Origin: Bacteriovoracaceae bacterium
Lineage (GTDB): Bacteria > Bdellovibrionota > Bacteriovoracia > Bacteriovoracales > Bacteriovoracaceae
Length of the DNA stretch: 64,000 nucleotides
Reading direction: 5' to 3'
NCBI GenBank assembly: GCA_048270185.1
Contig: JBLWTJ010000001.1
Coordinates: 1,536,001-1,600,000, forward strand
The notes below the pieces were generated by a model. That model worked only from the letters and a program-made list of their open reading frames with translations, searched no databases and was not told the origin of the DNA. Made by a program: the position numbers and the translations under genes. Of the stretch, positions 20,659-30,687 are shown piece by piece. Numbering within the stretch: the stretch's first letter is position 1; each line of letters starts with the position of its first letter.

Positions 20659-21921
20659 CTAACCTGGGAAAAGACCTCTAAATCTCATCGCTCTCTCTAG
20701 TCTTCTTAGAGCTGCAACGAAAGCGGCCTTCTTCATATCGATTTCATATTTTTGGTGTGCTTCATAAACATTTTCAAAAGCATCTTTTAAGATATCATGA
20801 AGTTTCTTATTGATCTCAGAAAGATCCCAGAAGAAGTTCTGAAGTCCTTGTACCCATTCAAAGTAAGAAACGATAACACCACCAGCGTTACAAAGGATAT
20901 CAGGAACTAGGAAACATCCATTCTTTGTTACGATATCAATAGCAGCTTTATTCAGTGGTCCGTTAGCACCTTCTGCAATGATTTTTGCTTTTACATTGCC
21001 TGCGTTCTTTTCAGTGATAACACCATCAATGGCAGCAGGGATAAGAATATCAACATCTAAACCAAAAAGTTCTTCGTTTGAAATCTTCTCAACACCTTCA
21101 AGGTCACATAGAAGACGTCCATTCTTTGCCCATGTAATTGCTTTTTGAATATCAAGTCCGTTTGGATCATAGATAGCACCAGAAACATCTGATACAGCTA
21201 CGATCTTAGCACCTTGAGCTGATAGGTCTTCAGCAGCTGGAACAGCAACTTTACCAAAACCATGGATTGCAACAGTAGTACTCGTATCGATTTTCATTCC
21301 GATTTTCTTTGCAGCAAAGTTTACACAGAATGCAACACCTTTACCTGTTGCCTCACTACGACCAAGAGATCCACCAACAGTAATTGGTTTACCAGTAACA
21401 ACTCCAGGAACTGTATAACCTTTTAGTTGTGAGTATGTATCAAGCATCCACGCCATTGTTTGTCCGTCAGTTCCAATATCTGGAGCAGGGATATCAATAG
21501 TTGGACCAATAATCATATTGATTTCAGTTGTATATCTTCTTGTTAGAGCTTGAAGTTCTTGACGAGAAAGCTTAGTTGGATCAACGCTGATTCCACCTTT
21601 TGCTCCACCAAGTGGTAGACCAACAAGGGCACACTTAAATGTCATAAGCATAGCAAGACCAGCAGTTTCTGCAAGATCTACGCCTGGGTGAAAACGTACT
21701 CCACCTTTTCCAGGCCCAAGAGTCATATTGTGCTGAACTCGGTAACCTTGAAAAGTTTTAACAGTACCATCGTCAAGACGAATAGGAACTGCAACTTGAA
21801 GTGCTCTTTTTGGGTGTTTAAGTCTGTCGGCAACGTTTGGGTCTAATCCCATGATCGCGGCAGATTCTTCTAATTGCGCAATGGCATCCTGGTATAGTGG
21901 ATTGTCTAGAAGATTGCTCAT
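20659..21921 (-). CDS. gdhA: Glu/Leu/Phe/Val dehydrogenase (glutamate dehydrogenase)
   Basis: GPGKGGVRFHP, GGAKGG, DIPAPD, VTGKP, EGANGP, NAGGVIVSYFEW. Confidence 0.93.
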   Translation of the reverse strand: MSNLLDNPLYQDAIAQLEESAAIMGLDPNVADRLKHPKRALQVAVPIRLDDGTVKTFQGYRVQHNMTLGPGKGGVRFHPGVDLAETAGLAMLMTFKCALVGLPLGGAKGGISVDPTKLSRQELQALTRRYTTEINMIIGPTIDIPAPDIGTDGQTMAWMLDTYSQLKGYTVPGVVTGKPITVGGSLGRSEATGKGVAFCVNFAAKKIGMKIDTSTTVAIHGFGKVAVPAAEDLSAQGAKIVAVSDVSGAIYDPNGLDIQKAITWAKNGRLLCDLEGVEKISNEELFGLDVDILIPAAIDGVITEKNAGNVKAKIIAEGANGPLNKAAIDIVTKNGCFLVPDILCNAGGVIVSYFEWVQGLQNFFWDLSEINKKLHDILKDAFENVYEAHQKYEIDMKKAAFVAALRRLERAMRFRGLFPG

Positions 21922-22031
21922 TTTTTATATCTCCGTTATACATAAAATAAGCTCTAATTTACTCCTATTAAATCAAATGCGCTAGCTTTTGCTTTGTGCA
22001 AAAACTGACTTTTTTGGCCAAATTCGGTTAA

Positions 22032-22847
22032 TTAGAAATTGAATGGAGATGAGAAATTAAGCTTCAACTCATGTGACGCATTACTTCCTCCAACCATATC
22101 CTTGGCCGATACTCTTGCCGAGAGATGATCAGTAATCCCCTGCTGAACATAGAACTCCACATTCGTTCCTGCAGGATTATACTCAACGGAAGCAAGTGTT
22201 CGAGTTGCATGGAAGTTCTTTGAAACTTGCATCATGATACCATTTGATAGTGATAGATATGTGTTTGCTTCAACATATGGATTTTCCACACGAATGATAG
22301 CAAGACCTTTGATTACTTTTGCACGGAATTTAATCTTAAAATTCTCTGAAATTTCGGCCGTTGAACTTGGCGTTAATGTCTTCTTCATTTGACCTACTTG
22401 GGCCATTGTTGAGCCTTTCTTCGCTCTCTTTAAAGATCCAGAAATTCTCTTATCAATAAACTTTAGGAATTGCTTATTAAAGTAGCGCTTTCTTTCATCA
22501 ATTGTCGAAAGCCTATGTGTATCAAGTGATTCAAGATCCCAGTTTTTAATATACTCATCACGCTCCATTAAAGAGTGGTAATGATTAGACATTCTCTTTA
22601 GAACACCTGCATGATCGTAAACAAAGACATAATCAATGAAAGTCTTATAGTCTTCTGGCTTTTGCGTGTAATCCACATCAGCGTAGAAACTTTGAGGAGT
22701 ACGGGCCTTGGCCTGAGTAACCTTCACTCTTGGATTAAATGACTTAAAGAGTGAGATGTCATTTGCCATTGTCTGAATTGTGAACACTACCAGCCCAAAT
22801 TGGATAAGTTTTGAACAGTGTGTGTAGAATTTAGCCTTGTTTGTCAT
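22032..22847 (-). CDS. Hypothetical exported protein, possible C-terminal beta-barrel
   Basis: 271-aa ORF; alternating-residue strands and terminal Phe. Confidence 0.65.
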   Translation of the reverse strand: MTNKAKFYTHCSKLIQFGLVVFTIQTMANDISLFKSFNPRVKVTQAKARTPQSFYADVDYTQKPEDYKTFIDYVFVYDHAGVLKRMSNHYHSLMERDEYIKNWDLESLDTHRLSTIDERKRYFNKQFLKFIDKRISGSLKRAKKGSTMAQVGQMKKTLTPSSTAEISENFKIKFRAKVIKGLAIIRVENPYVEANTYLSLSNGIMMQVSKNFHATRTLASVEYNPAGTNVEFYVQQGITDHLSARVSAKDMVGGSNASHELKLNFSSPFNF

Positions 22848-22949
22848 TGTAAGCCCCTCAAATTACATAGAGAAATGTCTCTTCTGTATTATAAGTTGCA
22901 AGGGTGATGCCAAGAGTCAAAGTTAGACTAAGGAAAGCTTAAAAAACAC

Positions 22950-22975
22950 AAAAGCGAGGACTAGGCCTCGCTTTT
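22950..22975 (-). terminator. Terminator after parB (possibly bidirectional)
   Basis: AAAAGCGAGG-actagg-CCTCGCTTTT. Confidence 0.7.
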
Positions 22976-23003
22976 AGGTATTTAAAAAGTAAAAATATAT
23001 TTG

Positions 23004-23879
23004 TTACATATCCACAATGCTTTGAGTTTCTTTAAGAAGCTCATTAAGAAGTTTCTGTGTATCTTTGTCTAACTTCTTGCCTTTGGCCTGAGTCTTAAGA
23101 GTTTTAATAAAGGCATTTGCCGTTAGACCTTTTGGAGCTGCTGGCTTTTTCTTACCGGCCTTAATTACTCCACCGTCTTTAATCGCTTTCTTAAGTTCGG
23201 CCCTCTTTGTTAACTCTCCAGCATATAGCATCTTAGTTAACTTCGTTTTAAGAGGTCCTTTATCAAGAGCATCAAGCTCTAGAAGAACGTACTTTTCAAT
23301 ATTGTGGGCCTTAGCTGCTTCCTTAACTTTCTTAGTCATTTTCGCAATCATTAAAGATCTGTGAACTTCAGACTTTGAGATACCAAGAGCGGCTTGGATT
23401 TTTCTCTCACTAGCTTTTGTTGCTTTCTGATAATTTAAAATACCATCAGCTTTATCAATATAGTGTAGAGCTTCACGAGATGAGTTTTCAGAGAACTGAA
23501 TGGCCATAAGTTCTTGCTCATTCTTCTTATCGAGAATGAAACATGGACACTTTTCTTTCTTAATAAGCGTCATGGCACGGTAGCGTCTCTCACCACAAAT
23601 AAGAACAAGGCGTCCTAATTTATCTCTGTGAAGAACAAGCGGTTGAATAAGACCGTTTTGCTTAATGTTTTCAGATAATTCTTTTAAAGAGCTGTCATTG
23701 AACTTTGTTCTAACCTGTTCCTTAACAACAATTTCTTTTAAATAGACTTCATCAAGGGTTGCACCTTTGAGTAGGCGGTCACCAGATAGTCTTTCAACAA
23801 CGGCACTATCAAGACCTGATGTTAAGTCGAGTGTTTTTCTTTCTTTTTTAGAAACTCTTGGAGCAAATTTTTTTGCCAT
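23004..23879 (-). CDS. parB: ParB/Spo0J-family protein
   Basis: QVRTKF...LKELSENIKQNGLIQP, CGERRYRA arginine patch, ENSSRE. Confidence 0.88.
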   Translation of the reverse strand: MAKKFAPRVSKKERKTLDLTSGLDSAVVERLSGDRLLKGATLDEVYLKEIVVKEQVRTKFNDSSLKELSENIKQNGLIQPLVLHRDKLGRLVLICGERRYRAMTLIKKEKCPCFILDKKNEQELMAIQFSENSSREALHYIDKADGILNYQKATKASERKIQAALGISKSEVHRSLMIAKMTKKVKEAAKAHNIEKYVLLELDALDKGPLKTKLTKMLYAGELTKRAELKKAIKDGGVIKAGKKKPAAPKGLTANAFIKTLKTQAKGKKLDKDTQKLLNELLKETQSIVDM

Positions 23880-23985
23880 AAATTCCTCTTCCCTATGTTG
23901 AGACAATTTCCTTTAAAGAGGGCCAGTCACACACACATGGCCCCTTTAAAAGCGAAACACATCCGTGTGTCTCAAAAATTATAGA

Positions 23986-24765
23986 TTATAGATTTAATGA
24001 TTCCCAAAGTGCCGTGTAATCACCATGACCACGCGACTTCTTACCCATTTTACAAATAGGTCTTCTCATCGAGATTGACTCTTGCATCTGAACAAGATTT
24101 CTAATTGGTGGTGTAATATTAAAAGATTGAGAAAGCTCTTCAAGCCTTTGTCTCTCAATTTTTCTTCTTGTATTAACCATCGATGGGATAATTGAAAATT
24201 CTAGAGTTGGATTTTCAGTTTCCTTGATAATTTCAAAAGTATCCATCAGCTCTTCAAGACCATCAATTGAGTAATCCTGTGCTTGAGTTGGGATTAAAAT
24301 CTTATTACTAGCAACAAGTGCCATAATTAATTCATCACCAAGCATTGGTGGAGTATCAATAACAACGTAGTCAAAGATTCCAAGTTCACGTGCTTGCTCT
24401 AATCTAAGTCTCATTAGTCTTTCTTTACGTCCAGCTTCCTTTCTAATCTCACCTTCTGAAAGAATCAGAAGCTTTGAAAGGTTGGCCATATGACGACTCG
24501 ATGGAATAACTGTAATATTCTTATGAAGAGCACCTTTACCTTCAGATGGAACCATAACGTCTTCGATCGTAACGTCACCGATTAACCATTCAGGAATGAG
24601 TGTGCGATGAATTTGTAAATTAAATGTTGAACTTAGGTTAGCCTGTGAATCAAGGTCAATAACAAGTACTTTGTTACCTTTATTTGCCAGGTGTGATGCT
24701 AATTGGTAGCACTGCATTGTTTTACCAACGCCACCCTTGTTATTTGCAACCGTAATAACTTCCAT
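23986..24765 (-). CDS. parA: ParA/Soj-family ATPase
   Basis: NKGGVGKT deviant Walker A, DLDSQAN, IDTPP. Confidence 0.92.
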   Translation of the reverse strand: MEVITVANNKGGVGKTMQCYQLASHLANKGNKVLVIDLDSQANLSSTFNLQIHRTLIPEWLIGDVTIEDVMVPSEGKGALHKNITVIPSSRHMANLSKLLILSEGEIRKEAGRKERLMRLRLEQARELGIFDYVVIDTPPMLGDELIMALVASNKILIPTQAQDYSIDGLEELMDTFEIIKETENPTLEFSIIPSMVNTRRKIERQRLEELSQSFNITPPIRNLVQMQESISMRRPICKMGKKSRGHGDYTALWESLNL

Positions 24766-24964
24766 GTAAAGCTCCCTCGGTCATCCAATTGACCAATAAA
24801 AAAGACTATCTATATAAAATGTTAAGAAAACTATCACGCAACGTCAAATACCTGATAAAACATTTTTTCTGGCCCATGGCGCAATAATTCTCAGGCCTCT
24901 TAAGGTGACAGCTTGTGCGGAATGTTCTATCTTCCAAAACGTATATATAGCAGGAGATGACGCA

Positions 24965-25285
24965 ATGATTAACTTCATGGAAGTAAATGAATTAAAAGAA
25001 TTAATGGACAAGAATACTGATCTTGTTTTAGTTGATTGCCGCGAACAAGACGAGTGGGATGCAGGTCACATTGATGGTGCACTCTTTATTCCTCTATCAA
25101 GTTTTGCTGATCAATATGCAACTCAATTAACAGATAAGAGTAAGAAGATCGTTATTCAATGTCGTAGTGGAAAAAGAAGCTTAAACGCTTGTCAATTTCT
25201 ACTTGAGCAAGGATTTGAAGATCTTTACAACCTTGAAGGTGGAATTCTAGCTTGGGATGCAAGCGGATACCCAATTAAGGAATAA
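24965..25285 (+). CDS. Rhodanese-like sulfurtransferase
   Basis: DCRE.DEW..GHIDGA, CRSGKRS, LEGGILAW. Confidence 0.92.
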   Translation: MINFMEVNELKELMDKNTDLVLVDCREQDEWDAGHIDGALFIPLSSFADQYATQLTDKSKKIVIQCRSGKRSLNACQFLLEQGFEDLYNLEGGILAWDASGYPIKE

Positions 25286-25305
25286 TAGAATTTAAAGGAA
25301 AATAT

Positions 25306-26412
25306 ATGTTGGATCTATTTGGAAAAGAAGAAGTTCATCGTCCCCTTATTTCTCAAGAGGAATTATCAGATGATGAAGTTCTAGTTGAGCTTAGAAAGAT
25401 TAAAGAAGAACTTAAAGATCAGGTTGTGGTTCTTGGGCATCATTATCAACAAGATGATGTTATTGAATTTGCAGATTACAAAGGTGACTCTTTAAAGCTT
25501 GCACAAGATGCCGCTAACCTTGATAAGCCGTATGTTATTTTCTGTGGTGTTCACTTCATGGCAGAAACAGCAGATATGCTTTCTAAAGAAGACCAACATG
25601 TCATCCTTCCAGATATGCAAGCTGGATGCTCAATGGCCGATATGGCAAATCGCGATGAGATCGATAAGGCATGGGCCTATATGCAAAAGTCGACACAAGA
25701 AAAAATTGTGCCGATTACATATATCAACTGTGCCGCAACTCTTAAGTCATTTGTTGGAGAAAACGACGGAACAATTTGTACGTCATCTAATGCCAGAAGC
25801 ATTATTGAATGGGCCTTCACTCAAGGACAAAAACTTCTATTCTTCCCTGACCAACACTTAGGAAGAAATACTTGTCACGACCTTGGAATCTCACTTGATG
25901 AGATGGTTGTCTATAATCCAAATATGTTAAATGGTGGACTAAAGCCTGAACAAATTGATAAGGCCAAAGTCATTCTTTGGTATGGTTTCTGTTCTGTTCA
26001 CCAAGGTTTTACAGCACAACAAGTTGAAGACATTAAAAAGAATCGTCCAGACACAACAGTCATCGTTCACCCTGAGTGTAACTTTGATGTTGTTCAAGCC
26101 GCTCACGATAACGGGTCAACGGCCTATATCATTAATAAGATCAAAGATGCTCCTGCCGGTTCAAAATTTGCAGTTGGAACTGAAATCAATCTTGTAAACC
26201 GTTTGGCAAATGATTTTCCAGATAAAGAAATCACTTCACTGTCACCTTACCAGTGTTTGTGTACAACAATGTACCGAGTAAGACCTCGCTGGCTACTTGC
26301 CAGCTTCCGAGCGATTAAGGAAAATAAACCTATTAATATAATTAAAGTAGATGACAAGACTAAGGAATATTCGCTTAAAGCATTAAATAAGATGCTTGAG
26401 CTGAGTAAATAG
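25306..26412 (+). CDS. nadA: Quinolinate synthase
   Basis: GHHYQ, FCGVHFMAETA, AGCSMA, TYINC, CTSSNA, CSVH, HPEC. Confidence 0.96.
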   Translation: MLDLFGKEEVHRPLISQEELSDDEVLVELRKIKEELKDQVVVLGHHYQQDDVIEFADYKGDSLKLAQDAANLDKPYVIFCGVHFMAETADMLSKEDQHVILPDMQAGCSMADMANRDEIDKAWAYMQKSTQEKIVPITYINCAATLKSFVGENDGTICTSSNARSIIEWAFTQGQKLLFFPDQHLGRNTCHDLGISLDEMVVYNPNMLNGGLKPEQIDKAKVILWYGFCSVHQGFTAQQVEDIKKNRPDTTVIVHPECNFDVVQAAHDNGSTAYIINKIKDAPAGSKFAVGTEINLVNRLANDFPDKEITSLSPYQCLCTTMYRVRPRWLLASFRAIKENKPINIIKVDDKTKEYSLKALNKMLELSK

Positions 26413-26439
26413 GTTTACACGCAAGAGAGAGGAATTTAC

Positions 26440-27588
26440 ATGCAAGAAATTTACGCTGACTACAATGGAAGTGCTCCTATTTGTAACGAAGTAAAAGAGT
26501 ACCTAATCAACAGACTGAACAAAGGACCGTTTGCAAACCCAAACGCAACTCACCACGTAGGGACAAGAGTTAAAGTTGCGATGGAGAATGCACGTTCTCA
26601 CTGTGCAAAAATTCTTGGGGCCCATATGTCTCAATTAGTTTTTAATTCAGGTTCAACTGAAGGGATCTCAACGGTATTCCAATCTGTTCTACTTAATAAT
26701 CCAAAGAAAAAAATTATCATCTCAGGAATTGAACATTCTGCTGTAACAAATAACGCTCTTTTTTACGAAGAAAATTTTGGTAAGCAAGTTTACACACTTC
26801 AAACAAAGCCAAATGGAATCGTTGATATTGAAGACCTAATTAATCATATCGACGAAGACACTGCTCTGGTTGCTGTAATGGCAGCAAATAATGAGACAGG
26901 AGTTATCCAACCATATGCAGATGTAGCTAAAATCTGCCAAGAAAAAGAAATTCCATTTCTTTGTGATACAACTCAATTTGTCGGTAAGACTCCATTTAAT
27001 TTTTCAGAGTCTGGAATTGATTACGCCGTTGTCGCTGGTCACAAAATTGGAGGCCTTACTGGTTCTGGTCTTCTTATTGCAAAAGATCCAACAACTCTAA
27101 AGCCACTAATCATTGGTGGAGGCCAAGAAAAAGGACTTCGCGGTGGAACACAGAACTATTTAGGAAACGAAACTCTTGCCGTTGCTCTAACTTATTCAAT
27201 GAGCAACCTTCAAAAACACGAAGCGATCAATTCAAAGCGTGAACAATTTGAAAAAAATATCAAAGCTAAATTCCCACAAGTTGTCATCATTGGAGAAGAA
27301 GCACCAAGACTTTCTTCAACGACATATCTTTCAATGCCAGGTATCCACGGACAAGCAGTTCAGATGGAACTTGAATCAGAAGGAATCTATGTAACGACTT
27401 CTTCAGCATGTTCTGACAATAACCCTCAGACTTCTAAAGTTCTTAAGGCCATGGGAGTATCTGACGATATTGGTCGCGGGGTGGTTAGAATTTCCCTAGG
27501 CCTTTGTAATGATCCGGCCATTTATGATAGAATCGAAAGTGCATTAATTACTGCTTACGAAAAACTATCAAAGATAAAAAGCTACTAA
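26440..27588 (+). CDS. Cysteine desulfurase (IscS/NifS family)
   Basis: NSGSTE, IEHSAV, ANNETG, AGHK (PLP Lys), SSACS. Confidence 0.93.
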   Translation: MQEIYADYNGSAPICNEVKEYLINRLNKGPFANPNATHHVGTRVKVAMENARSHCAKILGAHMSQLVFNSGSTEGISTVFQSVLLNNPKKKIIISGIEHSAVTNNALFYEENFGKQVYTLQTKPNGIVDIEDLINHIDEDTALVAVMAANNETGVIQPYADVAKICQEKEIPFLCDTTQFVGKTPFNFSESGIDYAVVAGHKIGGLTGSGLLIAKDPTTLKPLIIGGGQEKGLRGGTQNYLGNETLAVALTYSMSNLQKHEAINSKREQFEKNIKAKFPQVVIIGEEAPRLSSTTYLSMPGIHGQAVQMELESEGIYVTTSSACSDNNPQTSKVLKAMGVSDDIGRGVVRISLGLCNDPAIYDRIESALITAYEKLSKIKSY

Positions 27589-27607
27589 GCTAAAAAGTTT
27601 ATAATAA

Positions 27608-28666
27608 TTGAAGAAAATATCTGCTCTCCTATTCCTATGTTTCAGTATCCTGATTTCATGCACAGGTGGAGAGCAGAAATATGATAACTTCACTCTCTCT
27701 TCAAAATTTTTAAAAGACGAAAAGAATCAAGACGAAGTCATTTACTTTGCTTATACAAGTAGCTTGAACTCAAAAATTGTGCCTCATCAAGATGAATTTC
27801 TTGAAGGGTCCAAAATTGAGTTCGGTGGTGAGACTCTTATAAATAAGTACATCACGGCCATGCGTACAAAAGTTAAAAACCTTGTCCTGATTGATGGCGG
27901 ACAAATTTTGGCTACTGACTATCATCTTGGTGGTGAGCTTATCTTAAATAATTTTCAAGATATGAATTATGATGCCATTCTTCTTTCTGACCACGAACTC
28001 TTAACTTTTAAAAATAATGTCCTGCCTGATGGCATCCCATTTGTTAACTCAAACCTAATCGCTCTTGATACTAACTCTTCTTTCATTCAGCACGGGAATC
28101 AAGAATATATCATCAAGGAAATTGAAGGGGTTAAAATTGGTATCATTGGTCTAACTCCTTATAAGCCTAAACTTAAGAAACAAGATGGCCTTGAAGGGAT
28201 CCTCTTTGACGATGTGGTAGCAAGAGTTATTGAAATTAAGAAAAAATTAAAAGGTAAGACTGACTTCAATATCGCTCTTCTTCACTCACACACGAAGTGT
28301 AGTGATAGAATCGATTACCGCTTCAAAGAATGCAAACTTGATACAGCATCAATAAAGGCCATCCTAGAGCGTCTACCTCCAGATACTTTTGATATCATCT
28401 TTTCTGGCAATAGCTTTCAAGCTCAAACTCAAATCATGGGCTATCCTGTTGTTTCCAACCTAGGTCATGGTGAATTCATAACTTTTGTTAGCTACGACAA
28501 GAAAACAAAGAGAGTTGAAGCAAAGCAAGTTAGAGTATGTTCAAAATTTTATGCAGAAACTAAGAGTTGTTATATTGATCCAGACGATATTGATTCAACA
28601 AAGACAGTTAGAAAGTCAAAAATGAAGCTTCTTCCTGCAAAAGTTTTTGATTCCGAAATCTTATAA
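27608..28666 (+). CDS. Lipoprotein with a degenerate 5'-nucleotidase/metallophosphoesterase N-terminal fold
   Basis: Lipobox LISC; LIDGGQ, YDAILLSDHE, PFVNSN, GVKIGIIG, LLH. Confidence 0.7.
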   Translation: MKKISALLFLCFSILISCTGGEQKYDNFTLSSKFLKDEKNQDEVIYFAYTSSLNSKIVPHQDEFLEGSKIEFGGETLINKYITAMRTKVKNLVLIDGGQILATDYHLGGELILNNFQDMNYDAILLSDHELLTFKNNVLPDGIPFVNSNLIALDTNSSFIQHGNQEYIIKEIEGVKIGIIGLTPYKPKLKKQDGLEGILFDDVVARVIEIKKKLKGKTDFNIALLHSHTKCSDRIDYRFKECKLDTASIKAILERLPPDTFDIIFSGNSFQAQTQIMGYPVVSNLGHGEFITFVSYDKKTKRVEAKQVRVCSKFYAETKSCYIDPDDIDSTKTVRKSKMKLLPAKVFDSEIL

Positions 28667-29437
28667 ACAAATAAGAATCCCATCATCACTACAGAATGTA
28701 CTAAGCCCTGGTTTACAAAAACCTGCTGGAGATCCTTCAAAACAAAGAGTTGGAAGCTTACTATCAAGGGTCTTATAACCTCGAGGACACGCCGGTTGAT
28801 TCTTATTCCCACACTTATCTTGGCCACAATATTTGGAACCACCTTGAGGGCAATTAAAGTCCACGACTTCATAACTTCCGCTTTCACATTGATCGCAACG
28901 ATAATCTACGACATCACTACATTCAATATTAACCCCGTGACAAAGAACACCATCTTTTAATTTTTCAACATCCTTTATCCCCTCCATATCCACAAAGACA
29001 TTATCAAAGAATGAGTGCTTAAGTTGATTATCAAAGGCTTGGTACTTCTTTTGAACTTTATAGTTTAAAAGAGGAAAGACACGATTTTCATCATTAATAT
29101 TAAATTCAAGAGTGATATTTCTCGATGTAAATAGCTTCAAACTAAGGGAAGATATTCTCTCTTCTTCAAAAACTGCATCATCAGAGAAGTCACAGCGAGA
29201 AGATCTTCTTACAATTTTTAATATTCCTGAATCATTCTTAAAAGGTGTTTTATAGAAGACACAATACTTACTAAACTGCATTAGACTTACCCAATTATTT
29301 CGAGGTAAGACGATTTCTTTACCATTCAAGTACTGCTCATTAAAATCTATTTTTGTCACACGACTAAGTTCATAGGCCAGATCAAATTTTGGACTTAAAC
29401 ATGAAGTAAGAAGTATTAGACACAGGAGTACTCTCAT
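28661..29437 (-). CDS. Hypothetical lipoprotein with a Cys-rich C-terminus
   Basis: Lipobox LTSC; 12 Cys in the last ~95 aa. Confidence 0.75.
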   Translation of the reverse strand: MRVLLCLILLTSCLSPKFDLAYELSRVTKIDFNEQYLNGKEIVLPRNNWVSLMQFSKYCVFYKTPFKNDSGILKIVRRSSRCDFSDDAVFEEERISSLSLKLFTSRNITLEFNINDENRVFPLLNYKVQKKYQAFDNQLKHSFFDNVFVDMEGIKDVEKLKDGVLCHGVNIECSDVVDYRCDQCESGSYEVVDFNCPQGGSKYCGQDKCGNKNQPACPRGYKTLDSKLPTLCFEGSPAGFCKPGLSTFCSDDGILICL

Positions 29438-30606
29438 TACAGACTCCTCATACAGCGGAACGCTATCTTGTAATCATCCGCAAGATTAGTTGCAACAAAT
29501 GGATCAAAGGCAATATTATTCACGCCTAAACCTTCTGCATCCCAGTAACCTCTCATCCCTGTTTGATGTGCCTTTGAATGCCAGCTAAAGTAGAAAGATG
29601 ATAATTTTAAATTCTCACTTGGATGGATAATATTTCTAAGATACTCAAAAGGTCCTCCAAATATATCGTAAACCCCGGCCCATGAAACATTTTGACTATT
29701 TTTTTGAATATAGTTTTGATCAAGGCATTCTGCTGAATAATCTTTAAGACAAAGTTCAAGTCTTTCTTTTTCCGTTATCAAGTCCTTATTAAATTCCTTC
29801 ATTCGTTGTATTTTATTAATGAGTGTTTTTGTATTCTTTCTTTCCCAAGGATATAAAGGTGCGCGTAAATACTTTGTCTGATTATCATTTAAATCTTCAG
29901 GGTGAATTGTCACAGCATCATAGACCTGAGCTGACAAAATCGTCTTTCCTTGAAACTTACAATAGGCTTCCATTTCGGCAGTCGTTAGACCACTAGTATA
30001 GATATATTTATTTTGATCTTTAACTTTAGCAGCGGCATCCGCTGAAATTTTTGACTGGGCCAATTGATTCCAATTTAAAATTTCCCAATTTTGAACGTGG
30101 AATTTGTCGACAAAGAGATTGCGATTAAAATTATCCCAAGAAATCGTCACTCCTCTCTTATTGGCCATAAAGGGATAAAAACGTTGTGGGACGTAAGTCT
30201 CTTGACAGCTATCGGCAAAGCTTAGCTTAACCTCTTCATTAAAACCTTCCACTAAGATATTAAAGTCATAGTAGCGATAACTAGGGGCCTGATGGTACTT
30301 ATATTTTGAATTCGTACTTACCGAACGTAGTTTCTTATTAATATGAACATTTACCAGCTTCTTATCCAGTAGACATTGTAAATAGTCAGGTAAACACTGA
30401 TAGTATTGATCATCAACGTAGCTTATAGTCTTGCAAGCACCCTCTTTATCTAGTCTGGCATTCTCCCACTCAAATTTTAGGGTATTGATAATATCAATCA
30501 GCTGACTATTTGAAAGCTTAGGCCCTTCAGTTTTTGAAGTGTAGATGAAGTAACCGAGTGCCGCGCTCAGAATTATAATGGTTGTTATTATGATTTTTTT
30601 AAACAT
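29437..30606 (-). CDS. Membrane-anchored protein with a divergent FGE-sulfatase (SUMF1)-like domain
   Basis: N-terminal TM; FVDKFHV, AYCKFQGK, YPW, GVYDIFGG..E, IAFRC. Confidence 0.65.
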   Translation of the reverse strand: MFKKIIITTIIILSAALGYFIYTSKTEGPKLSNSQLIDIINTLKFEWENARLDKEGACKTISYVDDQYYQCLPDYLQCLLDKKLVNVHINKKLRSVSTNSKYKYHQAPSYRYYDFNILVEGFNEEVKLSFADSCQETYVPQRFYPFMANKRGVTISWDNFNRNLFVDKFHVQNWEILNWNQLAQSKISADAAAKVKDQNKYIYTSGLTTAEMEAYCKFQGKTILSAQVYDAVTIHPEDLNDNQTKYLRAPLYPWERKNTKTLINKIQRMKEFNKDLITEKERLELCLKDYSAECLDQNYIQKNSQNVSWAGVYDIFGGPFEYLRNIIHPSENLKLSSFYFSWHSKAHQTGMRGYWDAEGLGVNNIAFDPFVATNLADDYKIAFRCMRSL

Positions 30607-30687
30607 TTCTCACTTATATGAAAGGGCCAATCAATGGTAAAATTATAACTAGAAATACCTTATGTTAAAAGGTTAGAAAGGAATATT

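Noticed and set aside
23926..23938. (CA)n microsatellite as a phase-variation tract
   Set aside because: Only about 5 units, and it lies in a hairpin loop outside coding sequence
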